DNA of 24,463 nucleotides. Origin: a virus. Lineage: Duplodnaviria > Caudoviricetes. The notes under the pieces are model-generated. The model saw nothing but the letters and a program-made list of their open reading frames with translations. It was not told the DNA's origin and made no database searches. Location: the IMG/VR virus record IMGVR_UViG_3300006068_000011, positions 1-24,463 of that record; one strand, given 5' to 3'. The position numbers and the translations under genes were made by a program. Positions 24,026-24,463 of the stretch are shown piece after piece; position 1 is the first letter of the stretch; the number at the start of each line of letters is the position of its first letter.

Positions 24026-24033
24026 AAGATTAT
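24026..24033 (-). promoter_or_regulatory. ATAATCTT motif, candidate phage late promoter for the tape measure operon
   Basis: In the divergent intergenic gap about 44 nt upstream of the tape measure ATG, where a promoter is required because the next gene points the other way. Confidence 0.6.
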
Positions 24034-24051
24034 ACGGGATGCGTTTTGTGG

Positions 24052-24080
24052 TTGATTTCTAGACTGACTTGTTGTATAAT
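24052..24080 (+). promoter_or_regulatory. Sigma70-type promoter candidate
   Basis: TTGATT (24052-24057), 17-nt spacer, TATAAT (24075-24080). Confidence 0.7.
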
Positions 24081-24087
24081 GACTATT

Positions 24088-24463
24088 ATGAGAAGTGTTA
24101 GAAAGATATATAGAGATCGTATTGAAACTGTGTTATTGCCTAGTCCGTATGTAAGGCCGTATATTGAAACGGTACGGTCTGAAGAAGGCGGTGTATTAAA
24201 GGACGAAATGGTCTTGCTAAAAACTTTAGAGCTTATCATGTATGATGATTTAATGTCACTATACGATTTGGTTTCAAAAAAAGAAAAAAAATATCAGGAC
24301 GTGTTTTTAGCTAACAAACAAGCCAGAGAATTAATTGTTTTTGCTTATAGCAACGACATGGAGGAGTTGGCCCTGCATGTCTTATATATTATGCGCAAAT
24401 TTAACGAAAGCGCATTTGTTAATTTTGTGTTAAACTCGGTAGATACGGACTCCGTGTTTGCGG
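24088..24463 (+). CDS. Hypothetical protein, 5' part only (MRSVRKIYRDRIETVLLPSPYVRPY...), probably leaderless
   Basis: The frame is open for 125 codons to the window edge. The ATG at 24088 lies 7 nt after the TATAAT and there is no SD. Not in the supplied ORF track. Confidence 0.75.
   Translation, partial: MRSVRKIYRDRIETVLLPSPYVRPYIETVRSEEGGVLKDEMVLLKTLELIMYDDLMSLYDLVSKKEKKYQDVFLANKQARELIVFAYSNDMEELALHVLYIMRKFNESAFVNFVLNSVDTDSVFA

Larger units (their letters stand above)
1..24463. mobile_element. Segment of a large contractile-tailed phage (or prophage) genome: head-accessory and tail/baseplate module
   Basis: Contains a co-oriented, tightly packed minus-strand operon with tape measure, hub, spike, LysM/gp25, baseplate J and MuF-like genes. 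No cellular housekeeping genes apart from an RNase H. No integrase or att site is visible, so free phage and prophage cannot be distinguished. Confidence 0.9.

Noticed and set aside
24030-24239. 69-aa minus-strand ORF as a tail assembly chaperone or holin
   Set aside because: It is antisense to a longer open plus-strand frame that has a near-consensus promoter, and it has no SD.
1-24463. Stop-codon reassignment (alternative genetic code)
   Set aside because: Genes up to 6.2 kb are intact in the standard code, and TAA, TAG and TGA all end genes at tight junctions. The broken genes need frame changes, not read-through.

Overview
This window looks like a segment of a large contractile-tailed (myovirus-type) phage or prophage genome, about two-thirds AT by eye. 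Most of it is a minus-strand virion operon. From right to left it encodes a tape measure protein, baseplate hub, central spike, two unknown proteins, a tube-initiator/LysM/gp25-like fusion, a giant 2060-aa baseplate-J-like protein, a frameshift-split wedge protein, a tail-tube-like protein and two small genes. The left end carries a MuF-type head morphogenesis gene, a truncated polyvalent-protein (metallopeptidase) remnant and a decayed gene. Four minus-strand gene starts share an upstream ATAATCTT motif (candidate phage late promoter); one copy sits in a hairpin that hides the Shine-Dalgarno (SD) sequence. The most unusual part is a roughly 1.65-kb non-coding island (about 2960-4620) beside a divergently transcribed RNase HI gene. 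It holds two candidate structured RNAs, each bounded by a sigma70-like promoter and a terminator-like hairpin, flanking a cluster of CCCCC-GAA-GGGGG hairpin repeats. I hypothesise that this is an RNA-primed origin or regulatory module. All protein family calls come from recognising motifs by eye and from gene order; no searches or folding programs were run.
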